DNA from: Eledone cirrhosa
Taxonomy: Eukaryota
DNA length: 64,000 nucleotides
Assembly: GCA_964016885.1 (NCBI GenBank)
Contig: OZ024758.1
Span: 4,402,001-4,466,000 of the forward strand
Direction: 5' to 3'
In this document: positions 36,276 through 52,203 of the stretch, piece by piece
Numbering within the stretch: position 1 is the stretch's first letter
Layout: each line of letters starts with the position of its first letter
Translations under genes and position numbers: made by a program
Notes under the pieces: generated by a model
Seen by the model: only the letters and a program-made list of their open reading frames with translations
The model's database searches: none
What the model was told of the DNA's origin: nothing

Positions 36276-36989
36276 GTTTAGTGATAATGTAAATAGTCTA
36301 ACCTGTTATTTTCATCGGAGACAGGGAATTTTCTAAACTGTTCACACTCAATATTCTCCTGTGAAATGCATGTAAATTTCTAATGGATACGAACTTGTAT
36401 ATAATAGATACTCAGCGAAATTATACGGATGAGGTACAAGGTGTTATTTAGGTAATGTTAGTGAATTAATTTTATTTTGGAATCTAAACCACTTCGCACA
36501 TAGTTAATCCGGACAATTACATCTATATTACATTATCCAACGCTATCAGTTAGATGTTGTAATGAACGGGACAACAGAATTCCCTAAGTAGTGTATGTAG
36601 TATTAAATCACTCTCAATCATTCCTAAAAGAAACTAAAAGAAATTCGCTGAATATTCTACTAATTTAACAATTTTTCCTGTTTTCTGGTTCTTGAAAGGA
36701 AAATAAATCTTTAATAAAATCACTTCAGTTCCGTTACTATTGCTCTTATTGGTTTGATGTCGTGTTTTACTCTCAGGCCTATGATCAAAAGAATTCTATT
36801 GCTGAAAAAGCTATCTTTCATTTTTCAGCCATTCTATAAATGAACTACCTAATTCAGCAATACATCGGCGTTGTAAAAATGTAGGATGAATGTGATTTGA
36901 GGAAGAGCTAACTAGTATCAGTATGCCATGTATTTCTGACGTAAAACGGTCGTTATGGAGCCAGTGGGTGATTCACTGCCTTCCCCATG

Positions 36990-37200
36990 TTGAGATAGAT
37001 GAGAGCTGTTTGTGCACTCGACGTTGAAAGCTTGAAACTATCTATTGTGACAGTCTGGGAGTGTGTTCCGAATTGTTATAGTCATATGCAGGAAGTTGCA
37101 TATGAATTTGTAAATGTTGATGGGCCGTAAACATGTGAAAGGTCAGGTTTTACACTGCAGTTACATTGTTCTCATAAGCTCTGACTTGTGTATCTTTTGC
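36990..37200 (-). mobile_element. Old CR1-like LINE 3' remnant
   Basis: Minus strand TITIRNTLPD / IDSFK resembles the CR1 C-terminal TIxxWNxLP...SFK. Confidence 0.3.
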
Positions 37201-37589
37201 AGAGATATGTTATGTTGAAACAAGGCGATAACAAGTTTCTTTGCAGTTTACGTTCTATAAAATTTAAGAAGCAGGATGGGATTTATATTTGACTATCTCT
37301 GATAGTCAAATATGCATATGGAATTTTAGCATTATTTGTTTTCTGTTTGAGCTAGGTGTAGGATGGAAATAAGGAACCAGTTACCCTCTAATATAGTGAA
37401 CCTTAAATAAATATAATTGTCATTGAATACTTGTACCACATAAACTGAATTTTTAAAACTGTATATTTTTCTTTAAAAATATGTTTGATTTTCATGCACA
37501 TCTTATTAACAGTCATTTCTGTCATAGAAAATTGCGTAGGGTACGAGTTCTTATATTAGTATACATATTCTCTAATTTACTTTTATACA

Positions 37590-37667
37590 CAGTATGGCCC
37601 AAAAGTCACAAGATCATTTTAGAAATATTATAAATTGAAATGGTCTAGGGACTTTGGGGCCACGCTG
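37590..37667. mobile_element. Small Tc1/mariner-type MITE
   Basis: CAGTATGGCCCAAAAGTCAC.AGATCATTT / AAATGGTCTAGGGACTTTGGGGCCACGCTG|TA imperfect TIRs. Confidence 0.65.
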
Positions 37668-40049
37668 TATTATTGAAGTGAATTCCTTTCAAAGCGACAG
37701 TTAATGTTTGAAAGAAAAATAGAAACCCACACTGGACCCCCACTATAGAGTGTTTATAAAACCTGTGTATTCTGTAAAGATATTGTTATATTTCTCACTT
37801 TTAAAAAATATTATTCCGTATTATATTAGATTCCAACTTTGAATATTTGCTAATGATTCCTCTTTGAATTCGTAAATCTTACAAGATTCATTTAGCAAAT
37901 GATAGTGATTGTGGCTCTGGAGATTATAATTATTTTGAAAATTTTGTAACTAATTCATTAATGATTATATATCTCAAAATTAATTAAGAGTGATTTTCAA
38001 TATTACGCGGAAATAATTTCCGCATTATTGTATTTATTTCCGTATTATTTCGCCTAATGGCTCTTGGACATTTATTGAAAATGTTGAATAAATTAAGAGA
38101 TGGGCCATTTAAGCTGCACTGTATGAGTATGACGTCAATCTGTTGTGATGACTATCTCAGATATTGAAGTGTTCTACAGACATTAGCGAGGACTAAATAT
38201 GTGACAAGTGCTTTATTTCCAACTCTGAACATAAAAAAAATGACAGACTGCAGGCCTACGATTGTCGTAAATCTTTGGGAATTGAAAGGGAGTTATCCCA
38301 TACATTCCTTTGATGGAGCCAACCAGGAGTACAAGAATAGGTAAGGTTTATGTGTGTTAGGAATTAACCGCTTTTTGTGTGGAATAAGTTCTCTACATCA
38401 AAGTTCACATAACACGTTCGGAACGTAATTGTCTTTTTAACTTCATCTATCTCCTTAATATCCAAAATTTTTGAAGATGTAGTTTATAAATTTGATGTCT
38501 AATATATGTTTTGTAGTATCATTTCTAACTTTCTCCTTCATTTCTCTGTTTGAATCCTATTAGTTTCAACAATACTACAGATATATCATAACTCTCCACT
38601 TTCAGTGGGTTGTTTTAATGGGATTTTGAAAACGAATGAATTTGCGTCATTTTCGAGTAGGTCTGTTTTTCCCGTTTCACCTTTTCTACACCCCAATGTG
38701 AACAAAAGATAATATAAAATGAATTAATGGTTTGGAAATTATAAGTTCATAATATTTGTAAACAATATGCTGAATAATGTAGAAAGTCTAAAATGCTACA
38801 GAAATAAAAAATGTATTAATATTTAAGAGAAATATGTTAATGGATTAATATCTAGTCTATAATTGATACAATCATATCTCAATTGTGATATTAACTTTTT
38901 GTTAATTTATAGAAATTTATTTTTAATTTCAAATTGCTATTTAATTCGAAATGGGCACACATTTACAATTTAATAATATGCAGATCTATTCATAATTTAT
39001 TACTTTATATAGAATTTTGTTATGTTAAACAATAAAAATAATATACACTTAATTATGGATTCCATGAAATCAGAATTACTTTAATAGGCATTTGTTAGCA
39101 ATATATTAATTTGTATCATGAATATAAAGAGAAAATATACAGAAAAGAAATAACTCAATTCAGAGGAGTACCTTCTTCTTCTTGCTCCATGAAACTGGGA
39201 TAGTCTTAGGTCAGTGATCCCTGGGTTGTCGTGATACGTCGGGATGTCGGTTTCGTATCAGGTTGATGGTGCTTCTGGGTATGGTATGGTATGGGCCCTG
39301 CACAGAATTGTCACGCGATGGAGGCAACCATCCTGGTAAGCAGCCAACGTGCCTCGGGTCACCGTTGGTCTGGAACCTCCCCAGGAGACCGGTCGCCTAG
39401 AGTGGCCCTACAAGAAGCAAAACTCCAGACGGTAAGGCTCTCTCTGGTTTACGGAACTCACAAGCCTCCTCGGCATGACAAGCCTAAGCCCACAGTAACA
39501 AATCATAACGAACCTCAATTACATTTTATATAAATACCTCTAGTCAAAACGTGTTTAATTAAAACATTATGTTAATTATAATTAACATACACAAGGTAAA
39601 GAAATAACATTTTATTTATCATTCAGTATGTATATATGTTTATTTAAAATTAAAAATTATAACTTATGATATAGTTACTTAATCATAAATGAATTAAATC
39701 TGAAATATGTTTAACTATATAGAATATTAAAAATATAGAATAATTATATAATTATAAAGATCTGAAAAACAGAGAAACCTATTATTTAAATAGGACTATA
39801 AAAGAATATTTAAAAATGTCTACATAAGAGGTTTTTTCATCTAATTATATTCATCTATTAGTAACAGCATTAAAATGCTAACAATTAATTTTACGTATAA
39901 GCAAGTACATACGAAATAATATGTATTATTCATTGGTTTACTTGACAGCGGAGGGATATGGTTTAGAAAGATTTGAGCAGGTTTAATATCTTTCAAAATA
40001 GTTTTGAAATGTTTAAAAAACTTGTAATAGGTTTAAGAATACAGATTTG

Positions 40050-40270
40050 AATAATAATTGTTTCTACTTTTGACACAAGGCCAGAAATTACCCCAGTGCA
40101 TTACTGGTACATTATTTTTTCGACCTCGTAAGGATGAAAGGCAAAGTTAACCTCGGCAGGATTTGAACTGAGACCATAAAGGTCCATAACTATGCTGCAA
40201 GGCATGGCGTCTGACCCTCTACCGATACTGCCAGTCCACCGCCCTAGCATGGCGTCTGACCCTCTACCGA
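40050..40270 (-). mobile_element. SINE family 1 with tandemly duplicated 5' head
   Basis: GCATGGCGTCTGACCCTCTACCGATACTGCCAGTCCACC.CCCT occurs twice (~40202-40245, truncated at ~40247-40290). Confidence 0.85.
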
Positions 40271-40799
40271 TACTGCCAGTCCACCACCCTGATTGGAATA
40301 GATTAATAAGTGTTGCCCAAATGAGAAATAATTATGTCAGATTATATAACTTTCTAAAAAAAAAGAGCTTCGTTGGGCATATTATTTAAATTACTGCAAT
40401 TTCAATTTAGTGGACGCCTTTCTCCCGAATTTCTCTTATATTTCAGAAGAAATATTTGTATTTTCTCTGTTCTGATCAATAGTAGATTTTGTAATAAGAA
40501 AAGTATATCTAAAGTTGGCAGAGCCCTCAGTCAGTGTGACGGATTGTAATATAAAAAATTTAGAGAAATTCAAGATATATACGGATATATAGATATATAT
40601 ATATAGAGAGAGAGAGAATTGGATTCGCAATTGTGAGGTTATGATCTCAATACCCGGATCCGGTTTGAAGGATGTGGTACCTCATGGCTGGAGCAGGAAC
40701 AGAGTAAAATAATTCAAAGAGCAATAAACTACATTATTACATTTTCAATTTAACGTAGGTCTAGCAAATTCAGGGAGAGGTTAAAACTGATTACCATAA

Positions 40800-41040
40800 T
40801 GCCCTTACATGAGTGGTATTTAAATTTATTGACAGAGGAAAGATACCATGAGCTTGGCTGGTCATGCATGGGGATCCAGCTGGATCGGTCGGAGGCTGTT
40901 GCTCTGAGAGGACCCGCTGGATGGAGTGTTTTGAGGACTCTGCCTCTACAACACTCTCAGGAATAATTGGGCGATAAAGAAGAAAACTGGGGAAGGATTT
41001 GAAAGCAAGCTGTAAAGAGCCAGAACAAATTCTGCAACGG
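40800..41040 (+). mobile_element. RTE-type LINE ORF C-terminal remnant
   Basis: SLAGHAW..GRRLLL*EDP.DG resembles RTE LAGHxxR...LLLWxP.G. Confidence 0.45.
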
Positions 41041-41530
41041 TATTTTAACTGATAGTCTTCTACAACTGCGAATACACCACACTTCTCCCCATTGATGTTT
41101 ACAATAGATATATAAAAATAATATATAAAACTGAATGAATAAATATATAACAATGATTGAATTTAAAATGAGCTACCAAAATAAACTGTCGAAAACAAAT
41201 CTCAGTAAAATATATTGTAAGCTTAACAATAAAATAGTATAAAAAATAACTTATTATTTAACCTATTTATAAATGTCAACGATAATGGTTAACTTTATTT
41301 TATCAGTTAAAATCTATATATGCAGCTATACATACAAACGCACATCCATACACCCACGCTCACTCACACATTTATATATATATATATTCATATTAACACA
41401 GTTATAAAGATGCATACACAAAGGTAAATATATTCACAGACACATATATACATATATGTATATATGTATATATATGCATATGTACACAGATATGTGTGTC
41501 TATTTGTACATGACCATATGGGCATATGTA

Positions 41531-41588
<58 letters not shown>

Positions 41589-42113
41589 TATATGTATATA
41601 TATATACATACAGATACATACATAAATAAATAAATCTATACATATATGTGTGTATTTATACATACACACTTGTATTTTATGTACATATATACATATATAT
41701 ATAGATACTTGTTTATTTTCTTTCTTGCATCGCAAGTGGCTATAAAATTGCTTCCATTGTAACGTATATAAATATATAAATATATATATTGTAAAAGCAA
41801 TATTTATGTAATCTAAATATTTTCATTGTATTTGTTCTAATAGCAAGAGAAAAATATAAATAAGCTCTTCCAAAAACTTTGTTCATGTAACTGGCATCGG
41901 TTTGCTCGTTAAATCGTTAAACTTTCTCTATTGAGCATTATCAAGCTACAGTAAAGTAGCAGCGTAATCTTGGAATTGACATTAAAATGAAAGGAAGTGT
42001 GTGTATATGTACATGGTTATAGCAGACAGTATGGCTAGCTGTGTGTGTATATATGTGTCTTTATATGTATATATGTATGCTTGTGAATGAGTGTGTAAAT
42101 AATACACACGCCG

Positions 42114-42115
<2 letters not shown>

Positions 42116-42160
<45 letters not shown>

Positions 42161-42343
42161 TATTATATATATGGATATATATGTATATATGTATATATAT
42201 ATATTATATATATATATATTATATATATTATATATATGTATATATATATATATTATATATATGTATATTTATATATATGTATATATATATATATTATATA
42301 TATATATATTATATATATTATATATATATATATTATATATATG

Positions 42344-42374
<31 letters not shown>

Positions 42375-42766
42375 TATATATATATATATTATATATATGT
42401 ATATATATATATATATTATATATATATATATTATATATATGTATATATATATATATTATATATATGTATATATATATATATTATATATATGTATGTATAT
42501 ATATATTATATATATGTATATATATATATATTATATATATGTATATATATATATATTATATATATGTATATATATATATATTATATATATGTATATATAT
42601 ATATATTATATATATGTATATATATATATATTATATATATGTATATATATATATATTATATATATGTATATATATATATATTATATATATGTATATATAT
42701 ATATATTATATATATGTATATATATATATATTATATATATGTATATATATATATATTATATATATG

Positions 42767-42801
<35 letters not shown>

Positions 42802-43428
42802 TATATATATATATATATTATATATATGTATATATATATATTATATATATTATATATATGTATATATATATATTATATATATGTATATATATATATTATA
42901 TATATGTATATATATATATTATATATATGTATATATATATATTATATATATGTATATATATATATTATATATATGTATATATATATATTATATATATGTA
43001 TATATATATATTATATATATGTATATATATATATTATATATATGTATATATATGTATATATATATATATTATATATATGTATATATATATATATTATATA
43101 TATGTATATATATATTATATATATGTATATATATATTATATATATGTATATATATGTATATATATATTATATATATGTATATATATGTATATATATATGT
43201 ATATATATGTATATATATATTATATATATGTATATATATGTATATATATATTATATATATGTATATATATATTATATATATGTATATATATATTATATAT
43301 ATGTATATATATATTATATATATGTATATATATATTATATATATGTATATATATATTATATATATGTATATATATATTATATATATATATGTTTATATAT
43401 ATATGTATATATATATTATATATATATG

Positions 43429-43483
<55 letters not shown>

Positions 43484-43842
43484 TATATATATATGTATAT
43501 ATATATTATATATATGTATATATATATTATATATATGTATATATATATTATATATATGTATATATATATTATATATATATGTATATATATATTATATATA
43601 TGTATATATATATACATATGTATATATATATTATATATATGTATATATATATACATATGTATATATATATTATATATATGTATATATATATTATATATAT
43701 ATGTATATATATATTATATATATGTATATATATATACATATGTATATATATATATATATATATTATATATATGTATATATATTATATATATTATATATAT
43801 TATATATATGTATATATATATTATATATATTATATATATATG

Positions 43843-43875
<33 letters not shown>

Positions 43876-43926
43876 TATATATCTTATATATATGTATATA
43901 TATATATATATTATATATATTATATA

Positions 43927-43966
<40 letters not shown>

Positions 43967-44401
43967 CTTATATATATGTATATATATATATGTATATATA
44001 TATATTATATATATTATATATATGTATATGTATTATATATATGTATATATATTATATATATGTATATATATATTATATATAATATATATATATGTATATA
44101 TATATTATATATATGTATATATATTATATATATGTGTATATATATATTATATATATGTATATATATTATATATATGTATATATATATATTATATATATGT
44201 ATATATATTATATATATGTATGTATATTATATATATATATGCATATTATATATATGTATATATATTATATATATTATATATATATATATATGTATATATA
44301 TTATATATATATATATTTATATATATGTATATTTTATATATATGTATATATATGTAATATATATATATATAATATATATATATATATATAAATATATTAC
44401 A

Positions 44402-44441
<40 letters not shown>

Positions 44442-44448
44442 TATTACA

Positions 44449-44494
<46 letters not shown>

Positions 44495-44507
44495 TATTAC
44501 ATATATG

Positions 44508-44549
<42 letters not shown>

Positions 44550-44660
44550 TATTACATATGTATGTATATATATATATATATGTAATATATATAATATATA
44601 TTATAAATATATTACATATATGTATGTATATATATATATATGTATGTATGTATATGTATA
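42116..44660. repeat. ~2.5-kb nearly pure A/T satellite, ~18-22-bp unit (TA)nTT(AT)nG
   Basis: Direct inspection; source of the 816/733/633-aa Y/I ORFs. Confidence 0.97.
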
Positions 44661-45051
44661 CGCATTTATTTTGTGAGCAATGTAAGAAAAAAATCTAATG
44701 GACATTATATATCTCTATCGAAGTTAGATACATAGCTAGACAAATGAAAGTGTATATAGTCATATACATACATATACGGATATACATATACACAGATATA
44801 CGTACATACATACACATATATCATATATACATACATACACATATATACATACATACTTATATAATATACACATATATATACGTACATACGCATATAGATA
44901 CATGTATCATATATATATACATACATGTATCATATATATATATACAGGTAAATGTATGTATATATATATATATATGCATGTATGTATATACATATATATA
45001 TATATATATATACACATACATATATATATATATATATACATACATTTACCT

Positions 45052-45092
<41 letters not shown>

Positions 45093-45546
45093 TCTACTCT
45101 TGTACAACACACCAATAACAATAAATCGATTCTCAATATTTGTTATGGATTGCTATTGATTATTATATATCTCAAATATTCCTGCATATCCGACATTTTG
45201 TGATTTTAGGTAAATATTTCCACACTAGTCTTTAACTCATGTGACCTTGAACAGTTGCTATAGTAAAGTAACTGGTTGACTTGTATATAATGAATGTTGT
45301 TTTGAAAGAAATGAAATGGTCCTAGCTTTTTAATGAAATATCAATTGGACGGTTTCATTAAAATAAACCTCAATGGAACTCCCTCTCTAAACAAATTATG
45401 ATTATTAAAATTAAATTCAAAATATTTATACTAATATAGAAAGAATTTAAGAAACTGGGAGGAGTCTTTATAACTGTATACAAATGATATTAGAACATTA
45501 TACAGCACATTTTAGAATATTGTTAAAAGCCAATCTCTTGTGTGTG

Positions 45547-45581
<35 letters not shown>

Positions 45582-45654
45582 ATGTGTGTGTGTGTGTGCG
45601 TGTGTGTGTATGTGTGTGTGTGTGTGCGTGTGTGTGTGCGTGTGTGTGTGTAGA

Positions 45655-45830
45655 AGGTAAACTGAAATTACAACACAATCGGTTCAGTATATGGAAGGGA
45701 TATTTTAGGTTAATGCTTGATATAGCAGGAATAGGGTCTTAACATTATCGGATGCTAGTCCTTCAAAGGAAGAATGAATCAGAAATAAGATAGATTGAAG
45801 GGACGAGGGATGGGGTGGAATTGGAAAACA
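45655..45830 (-). mobile_element. Penelope-like 3' end, HHR family B, core decayed
   Basis: Aligns with 33340-33500 (ACAACACAATCGGT.CAGTATATGGAAGGGATAT...GCTAGTCCTTCA); abuts (TG)n. Confidence 0.7.
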
Positions 45831-45971
45831 TGTATTTAGATAAAAATAACAGGTCTATTCATGTTGACATATCTCAGTAGAAATTTATCAATTCCTCACA
45901 ATAATTCGATTGTTCATCTGATGTAGTGCGGCTGCAACTTCGGTTATACTCATATATACACACATATATAA

Positions 45972-46004
<33 letters not shown>

Positions 46005-46660
46005 GGTGTGTGTTTGTATGTGTGGTTTTAAAACATGTGGGATACATAGCTCCACTAAAATAATTGATTTATATAGAGTGAGAACTTAATTAATGTTTAT
46101 TACAGTCCATGATAATATAATTTCTCTATCATGTGTATATTTACCCACCAATATCGGAATTGTCAGAATTGATACGGAATTCCATTATTCAATTTCATTA
46201 AATGCCTTTCATTACATATTTTGTGTTTTTGCGTAATAACAGCTGATTAAAATTGATATATACATTGATGTCAAATATTTCCATAAATGTGATATTAAAA
46301 GACAGTGGATTGTAAATGAAACAGCTCGGGTACACGTCCATTGAAATTCATTTAAAAATTTCAGTTCAAATATACACCTATACTTTTCCGACAATAGGCT
46401 GCCCCATTTTATATTTCTTCTCGTGGAATCTAATGTATTTCCAGCGCATCCCCCTTACTATCCTCCGGGGAAACGTCTCCTCCATTCTGTCTGCCGGGGC
46501 TGTGGGGAGGCCATCAATATGATTACTTATCCCTTTCATTGCCATATTGTTTAGACACAATCAGATGCACACACATATTTACAGAATATTTCCTTTGCCC
46601 CCAAAATTTGTGAAATTGTGTATGTGTTCTAGTATCTGATGCAAATTATATACATGATTT

Positions 46661-46890
46661 AGGGCGGTGGATTGGCAGTATCTGTAGAGGGTTGGACGCC
46701 ATGCTTCGCAGAAAAGGACTACTGGGCGCAGGGTTAACTCGATTATATTGACGATAATGTATTACTGGTACTTTATTTTATCGACGCCAAAATAGGGAAA
46801 GGAATATTTTAACTTCAGCGGGGTTTGAACTCAGATGGTAAAGGGATGTAACTGTATACCACCAAACTACTGCTACTGCCAATCCGCCGT
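46661..46890. mobile_element. Two opposed SINE family 1 pieces (head +, 46661-46720; body -, ~46720-46890)
   Basis: GGGCGGTGGATTGGCAGTA at left and TACTGCCAATCCGCCG at right. Confidence 0.8.
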
Positions 46891-46959
46891 CCTTTACGTT
46901 AACCTCATAATAAAATAGTTTAAATATTTTGGTGCAATAAATATCAAATCAAGCCTTAA

Positions 46960-47186
46960 CCCTTTATTATTTAAACCGGCCATGTCCGGCCAGAATTCTC
47001 GCACTTCATTCTGTTGAGAATTCTGTTGGCTGTAACTGGCTGCTCATACTTATGTTAAGGTATTATTCTCAAAATAAATAATATCAAAGTCTGGTAGATT
47101 CAACATTATGTGAGATAGTTATGTGGGGTAAAGTGTTTACCGTGAAAATACAATAGTAAATATAGATTAATGTAAATGCTAAAGGG
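46960..47186. mobile_element. piggyBac-type MITE with TTAA TSD
   Basis: TTAA|CCCTTTATTATTTA ... TAAATGCTAAAGGG|TTAA. Confidence 0.8.
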
Positions 47187-47514
47187 TTAAAATAGAGGAA
47201 AATACGAAAAATTCTCCTTTGTTTTTTATTCACCAAAATCATACAGAAAAAATAATTTCAGTGCAAATACTATTGAGGCGAAAGAAAATTCCATTCATTT
47301 TCAGATTAATTTGTATCAAAATGAATATGACAATTTCACGAGGTTTGTTAATAAGTTTACTACCAAACTGGCATGGTTTTATTACATTTCTGACATGTCA
47401 TCAAGTACCGGTGAATAGGGCTTATAAATAGATCGAAATATATATTGGACATTTCTTGGCACTATTTATAAATTTCTAAATATATCGGTTATAGAATTAT
47501 TGTATATGGGCTCT

Positions 47515-47692
47515 TGATTGGCAGTATCGGTAGAGGGTCTGTCGCCATGCGTTGCAGCAAAGAGTTACGGCCCTTTATGGTCTGAGTTCAAATACGGCCG
47601 AGGTTAACTTTGCCTTACGGCGTCGATAAAATAAAGCGCCAGTAATGCACTGGGATAATTGCTGGCCTTGTGCCAAATTTAGAAACAGTTAT
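47515..47692 (+). mobile_element. SINE family 1 (short form)
   Basis: A/B boxes, core and tail; TTATT.TATAT flanks. Confidence 0.9.
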
Positions 47693-47887
47693 TTTATATT
47701 CAAGCTAATGTGTAGGTAACTGAGCTTTATATATATCCAAATAACGTCTACGCATAGAAACTTTACTAACATATACGAATGTTGTAATTTTGGCGATCTT
47801 TCGAACTGTTAGAGACTGACAGAGGATGCAAATGAATATAAACTGGATAAAAGAATCCTATATAATACAATATATAATATATGATAT

Positions 47888-48076
47888 AATTGGTTCTACT
47901 TTAGGCACAAGGCCAGCAAATACCCAGTATATTACTGGTACTTTATTTTATCGACCCTGTAAAGATGAAAGGCAAAGTTAACCTCGGCGGGATTCGAACT
48001 CAGACCATAAAGGGACGTAACTATGCTGGAAAGTATAGCATCCGGCTCTCCACCGATACTGCCAATCCCCCGCCCT
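47888..48076 (-). mobile_element. SINE family 1 (short form) with TSD
   Basis: ATATAATACAATATA repeated at ~47860 and ~48079. Confidence 0.9.
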
Positions 48077-48690
48077 TCATATAATACAATATAATGAGGA
48101 GACTCCGTAAAACCATCACAGGTAAAGTCGACAAAAGTATAAATGTGTTTATATTTATTAATGTAATAATGGAATTACAGAAGTAAAATAATGGATGATG
48201 ACAACAGGAGATTAAGACGAAAAATAACAAGATAGAAATAGTTAGTCAGACGAAAGAGATACCAAACAAATGAAAGAATTCCATTTGGAAAGATAGGCGA
48301 AAATATATACATATGTGTGTAAATATATATATATAAGTTTACCCAACTTATACAGCTTCATATGCAAACGAAATTAATCACCTCATTTACACAAACGAGA
48401 AAACCATATATTTTCGCCTGTTTACAAAGCCCAGCAATTCCAAGAGTGGGAGGCGCCGTGCAGATGGGAACCAGTTCAGTTCAAAATGTGCATCTATGAT
48501 TGTCCCCCTTGCTTCTGCTAGACACCGCCAGACGGTGGTAGACGCTGGTCTTTTAGCATAGATACGGCACTCCAAATATTTATCTCAAACATACCGCATT
48601 TCTTCTGAAATACGAAACTGCAATACATATGCGTGTACAACTAGGCCTGAAGCTAAATTGTAATTCTATTATATTCAATGTATATATATA

Positions 48691-48789
48691 CAGACCTGTC
48701 AACTCTCCTCGATGTACAATCTCCCCATTTTGGGGTACATTTTTTTTAATAGTATTCCCCGCTAGGGTTTTTAGAGGTTGGCAAGCCTG
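48691..48789 (+). mobile_element. Internally deleted copy of the ~195-bp MITE family
   Basis: CAGACCTGTCAACTCT...TTTTAGAGGTTGGCAAGCCTG. Confidence 0.75.
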
Positions 48790-48821
48790 AACTAAGCTCA
48801 AATTATCTTACAAAGTTCTTA

Positions 48822-48985
48822 AATAATAATTGTTTCTACTTTAGGCACAAGGCCAGAAATTACCCAGTGCATTACTGGTACTTTATTTTATCGACCCCGT
48901 AAGGATGAAAGGCAAAGTCAACCTCGGCGGGATTTGAACTCAGATCGTAAAGGGACGTAACTATGCTGGAAAGCATGGCGTCCGA
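48822..48985 (-). mobile_element. Young SINE family 1 (short form), 5'-clipped
   Basis: Nearly identical to 28490-28645 and 60461-60622. Confidence 0.92.
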
Positions 48986-49586
48986 ATAATGATACTCCCT
49001 GAGTAATAAAGGTTTGACTACAGATTGATGTGAAAAAGAGGGCCTACTTATGTTCAATATGCTAAAGATAATGGTGAATGTCGTTTAAAGATTCATCACT
49101 CTCAAACATATTATAAATAAAGCCCACCCCATGTTAATACTCAAACATATCGCCAAGTCACTTCTACCCAAAATATTCTTTATCATAAATCCCCTTCCTG
49201 TATATTTATTCCGGCAGTTCTGGTTTGCAACAGTTAAAATGGTGTCCATCTATACAACAGTTTCACAGAGCTAGCAAAAACGTGAACAAAACTCCTCCAA
49301 AACAAAAATAATATATAAATAATAGTAGAATACAAAAGCCAAATTCTCTGATTATATTCAAAGGCTGTGTGCTATGGCTACAAGAACGAAACTATGGCGA
49401 CTCTAAACAAATATACACACGCAAGAAAATCAGCAATTTAACCTATACGTACATATACTAATATAAAATAACTGAAACTGAATTAATGTCACTTTGTTTG
49501 TCTCCTTCCATCTTTCTGTTTGTCTATCAAATACATATATACCAATACGCACGCATGTATCTCTCTCTCCCTATCTCTCTCATATA

Positions 49587-49640
<54 letters not shown>

Positions 49641-49679
49641 CGGATATACACATATAAATATGTATATTAGTGAGTGCGT

Positions 49680-49719
<40 letters not shown>

Positions 49720-49759
49720 GCACACAAACATATATATATATCTATGTATATTAGTGTGG

Positions 49760-49801
<42 letters not shown>

Positions 49802-49835
49802 GCACATATATATATATCTATGTATATTAGTGTGG

Positions 49836-49877
<42 letters not shown>

Positions 49878-49995
49878 GCACACACATTTATATATATATG
49901 TATATTGGTGTGTATATATATATATATATACACACACATATACACGCAGACACACATTCATATATATATATATGTATATTAGTGTGGGTATATAT

Positions 49996-50032
<37 letters not shown>

Positions 50033-50461
50033 GTATTTTCTTCTGTTTTTGTTTCTTCCTAGTATGTTTCCTTTTCAATATAACTTTCCATGTAGGCATC
50101 TATAACATAATATCTAGTTAGCCACAAACTTAACTAGCTCTAAATCTTACAAAAATCAGGCTTGTACAATTGAAAATGTGTATTATGTAGTTATAAAGCA
50201 GTTCATATACAAATGTATGTATACAACTGTGTGTATGTAAAATTGCGTGCAGTAGTAACACCATATGTAGGTACAAATAAAACATAACTTAATAACTATG
50301 TATGAGATTATATAATCTTGGTTGGAATAAAAGTAGAAGCAATGTACTCACTCTTAGTAAGGTAATGAATCTGTATTATGGATATACGTCCTACGTTAGA
50401 AAGAACACTACCAGTAATCAGATATACGTACGTACATACCAACATATGCACTCATGCACAT

Positions 50462-50462
50462 T

Positions 50463-50506
<44 letters not shown>

Positions 50507-50512
50507 TATATG

Positions 50513-50564
<52 letters not shown>

Positions 50565-50681
50565 TATATGCATACATATATATATATATATATACATACA
50601 TACATATATGTACATATATGCATACATATATATATATATATACATACATATATGTACATATATGCATACATATATATATAT

Positions 50682-50714
<33 letters not shown>

Positions 50715-51375
50715 CATACATACATACATATATTACATATATGCATACATATATATATATACATACATACATACATATATTACATATATGCATACATATA
50801 TATATATACATACATACATACATACATATATATACATACATACATACATATATATACATACATACATACATATATTACATATATGCATACATATATATAT
50901 ATACATACATAGATACATATATTACATATATGCATACATATATATATATATACATACATATATATATATATACATACATATATTACATATATGCATACAT
51001 ATATATATACATACATATATTACATGTATGCATACATATATATATACATATATTACATGTATGCATACATATATTACATGTATGCATACATATATATATA
51101 TATATATACATACATGTACATATATGCTTACATATATACATACATGGTGGTAGCTGCCAACTCGTTTTCGAGTACGGCCACTACCTTATATCCATGTAGG
51201 AGAACCCCTACCGATGCGCTGAACGAGTGAATTTGTAGTCCAGCCAGCGACTTGAAAACTCTGGTACAAACACTACACTTGTGACAATTATTGACACATA
51301 TATATATATATACATGCATACATACATGCATATATATATATACATGTATACATACATGCATATATATATACATAC

Positions 51376-51456
<81 letters not shown>

Positions 51457-51541
51457 CATATATATACATATATATATATATATACATATATATACATATA
51501 TATATATATATATACATATATATACATATATATATATATAT

Positions 51542-51580
<39 letters not shown>

Positions 51581-51597
51581 CATATATATATATATAT

Positions 51598-51628
<31 letters not shown>

Positions 51629-51699
51629 CATACATATATATATATATATATACATACATACATATATATATATATACATACATATATATATATATATAT

Positions 51700-51732
<33 letters not shown>

Positions 51733-51739
51733 TATATAC

Positions 51740-51770
<31 letters not shown>

Positions 51771-52169
51771 CATACATACATACATATATATACATATATA
51801 TATATACATACATACATACATATATATACATACATACATACATATATATATATATATACATACATACATATATATATACACATATATATATATACATACA
51901 TATATATATATATATACATACATATATATATACATACATATATATATATATATACATACATACATATATATATATATACATACATATATATATATATACA
52001 TACATACATATATACACATATATATATATATACATATATATATATACATACATACATATATATATATATACATACATACATATATATACATACATACATA
52101 TATATATATATACATACATATATATATATACATACATATATATATATATACATACATATATATATATAC

Positions 52170-52203
<34 letters not shown>

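Noticed and set aside
38300-38710. Minus-strand GETGKTDLL..FVFKIPL..ILDIKEIDE, reminiscent of a NACHT NTPase
   Set aside because: Walker A spacing is wrong (no G five residues before GKT) and there are many stops; not supportable by eye
42041-44491. Very long ORFs (816, 733, 633 aa) and similar Y/I/H/T/M/C/V-rich ORFs at 9.8-10.7, 21-23, 49-53, 57 and 63.7 kb
   Set aside because: They are translations of (TA)n/(TACA)n satellites that happen to lack stop codons
46378-46620. RMEETFPRRIV..G word suggesting an RTE C-terminus
   Set aside because: Only one short motif; flanking RTE motifs were not recoverable
51200-51290. C2H2 zinc-finger gene exon
   Set aside because: Single incomplete finger with no TGEKP linker or splice context; better explained as an RTE 3' end
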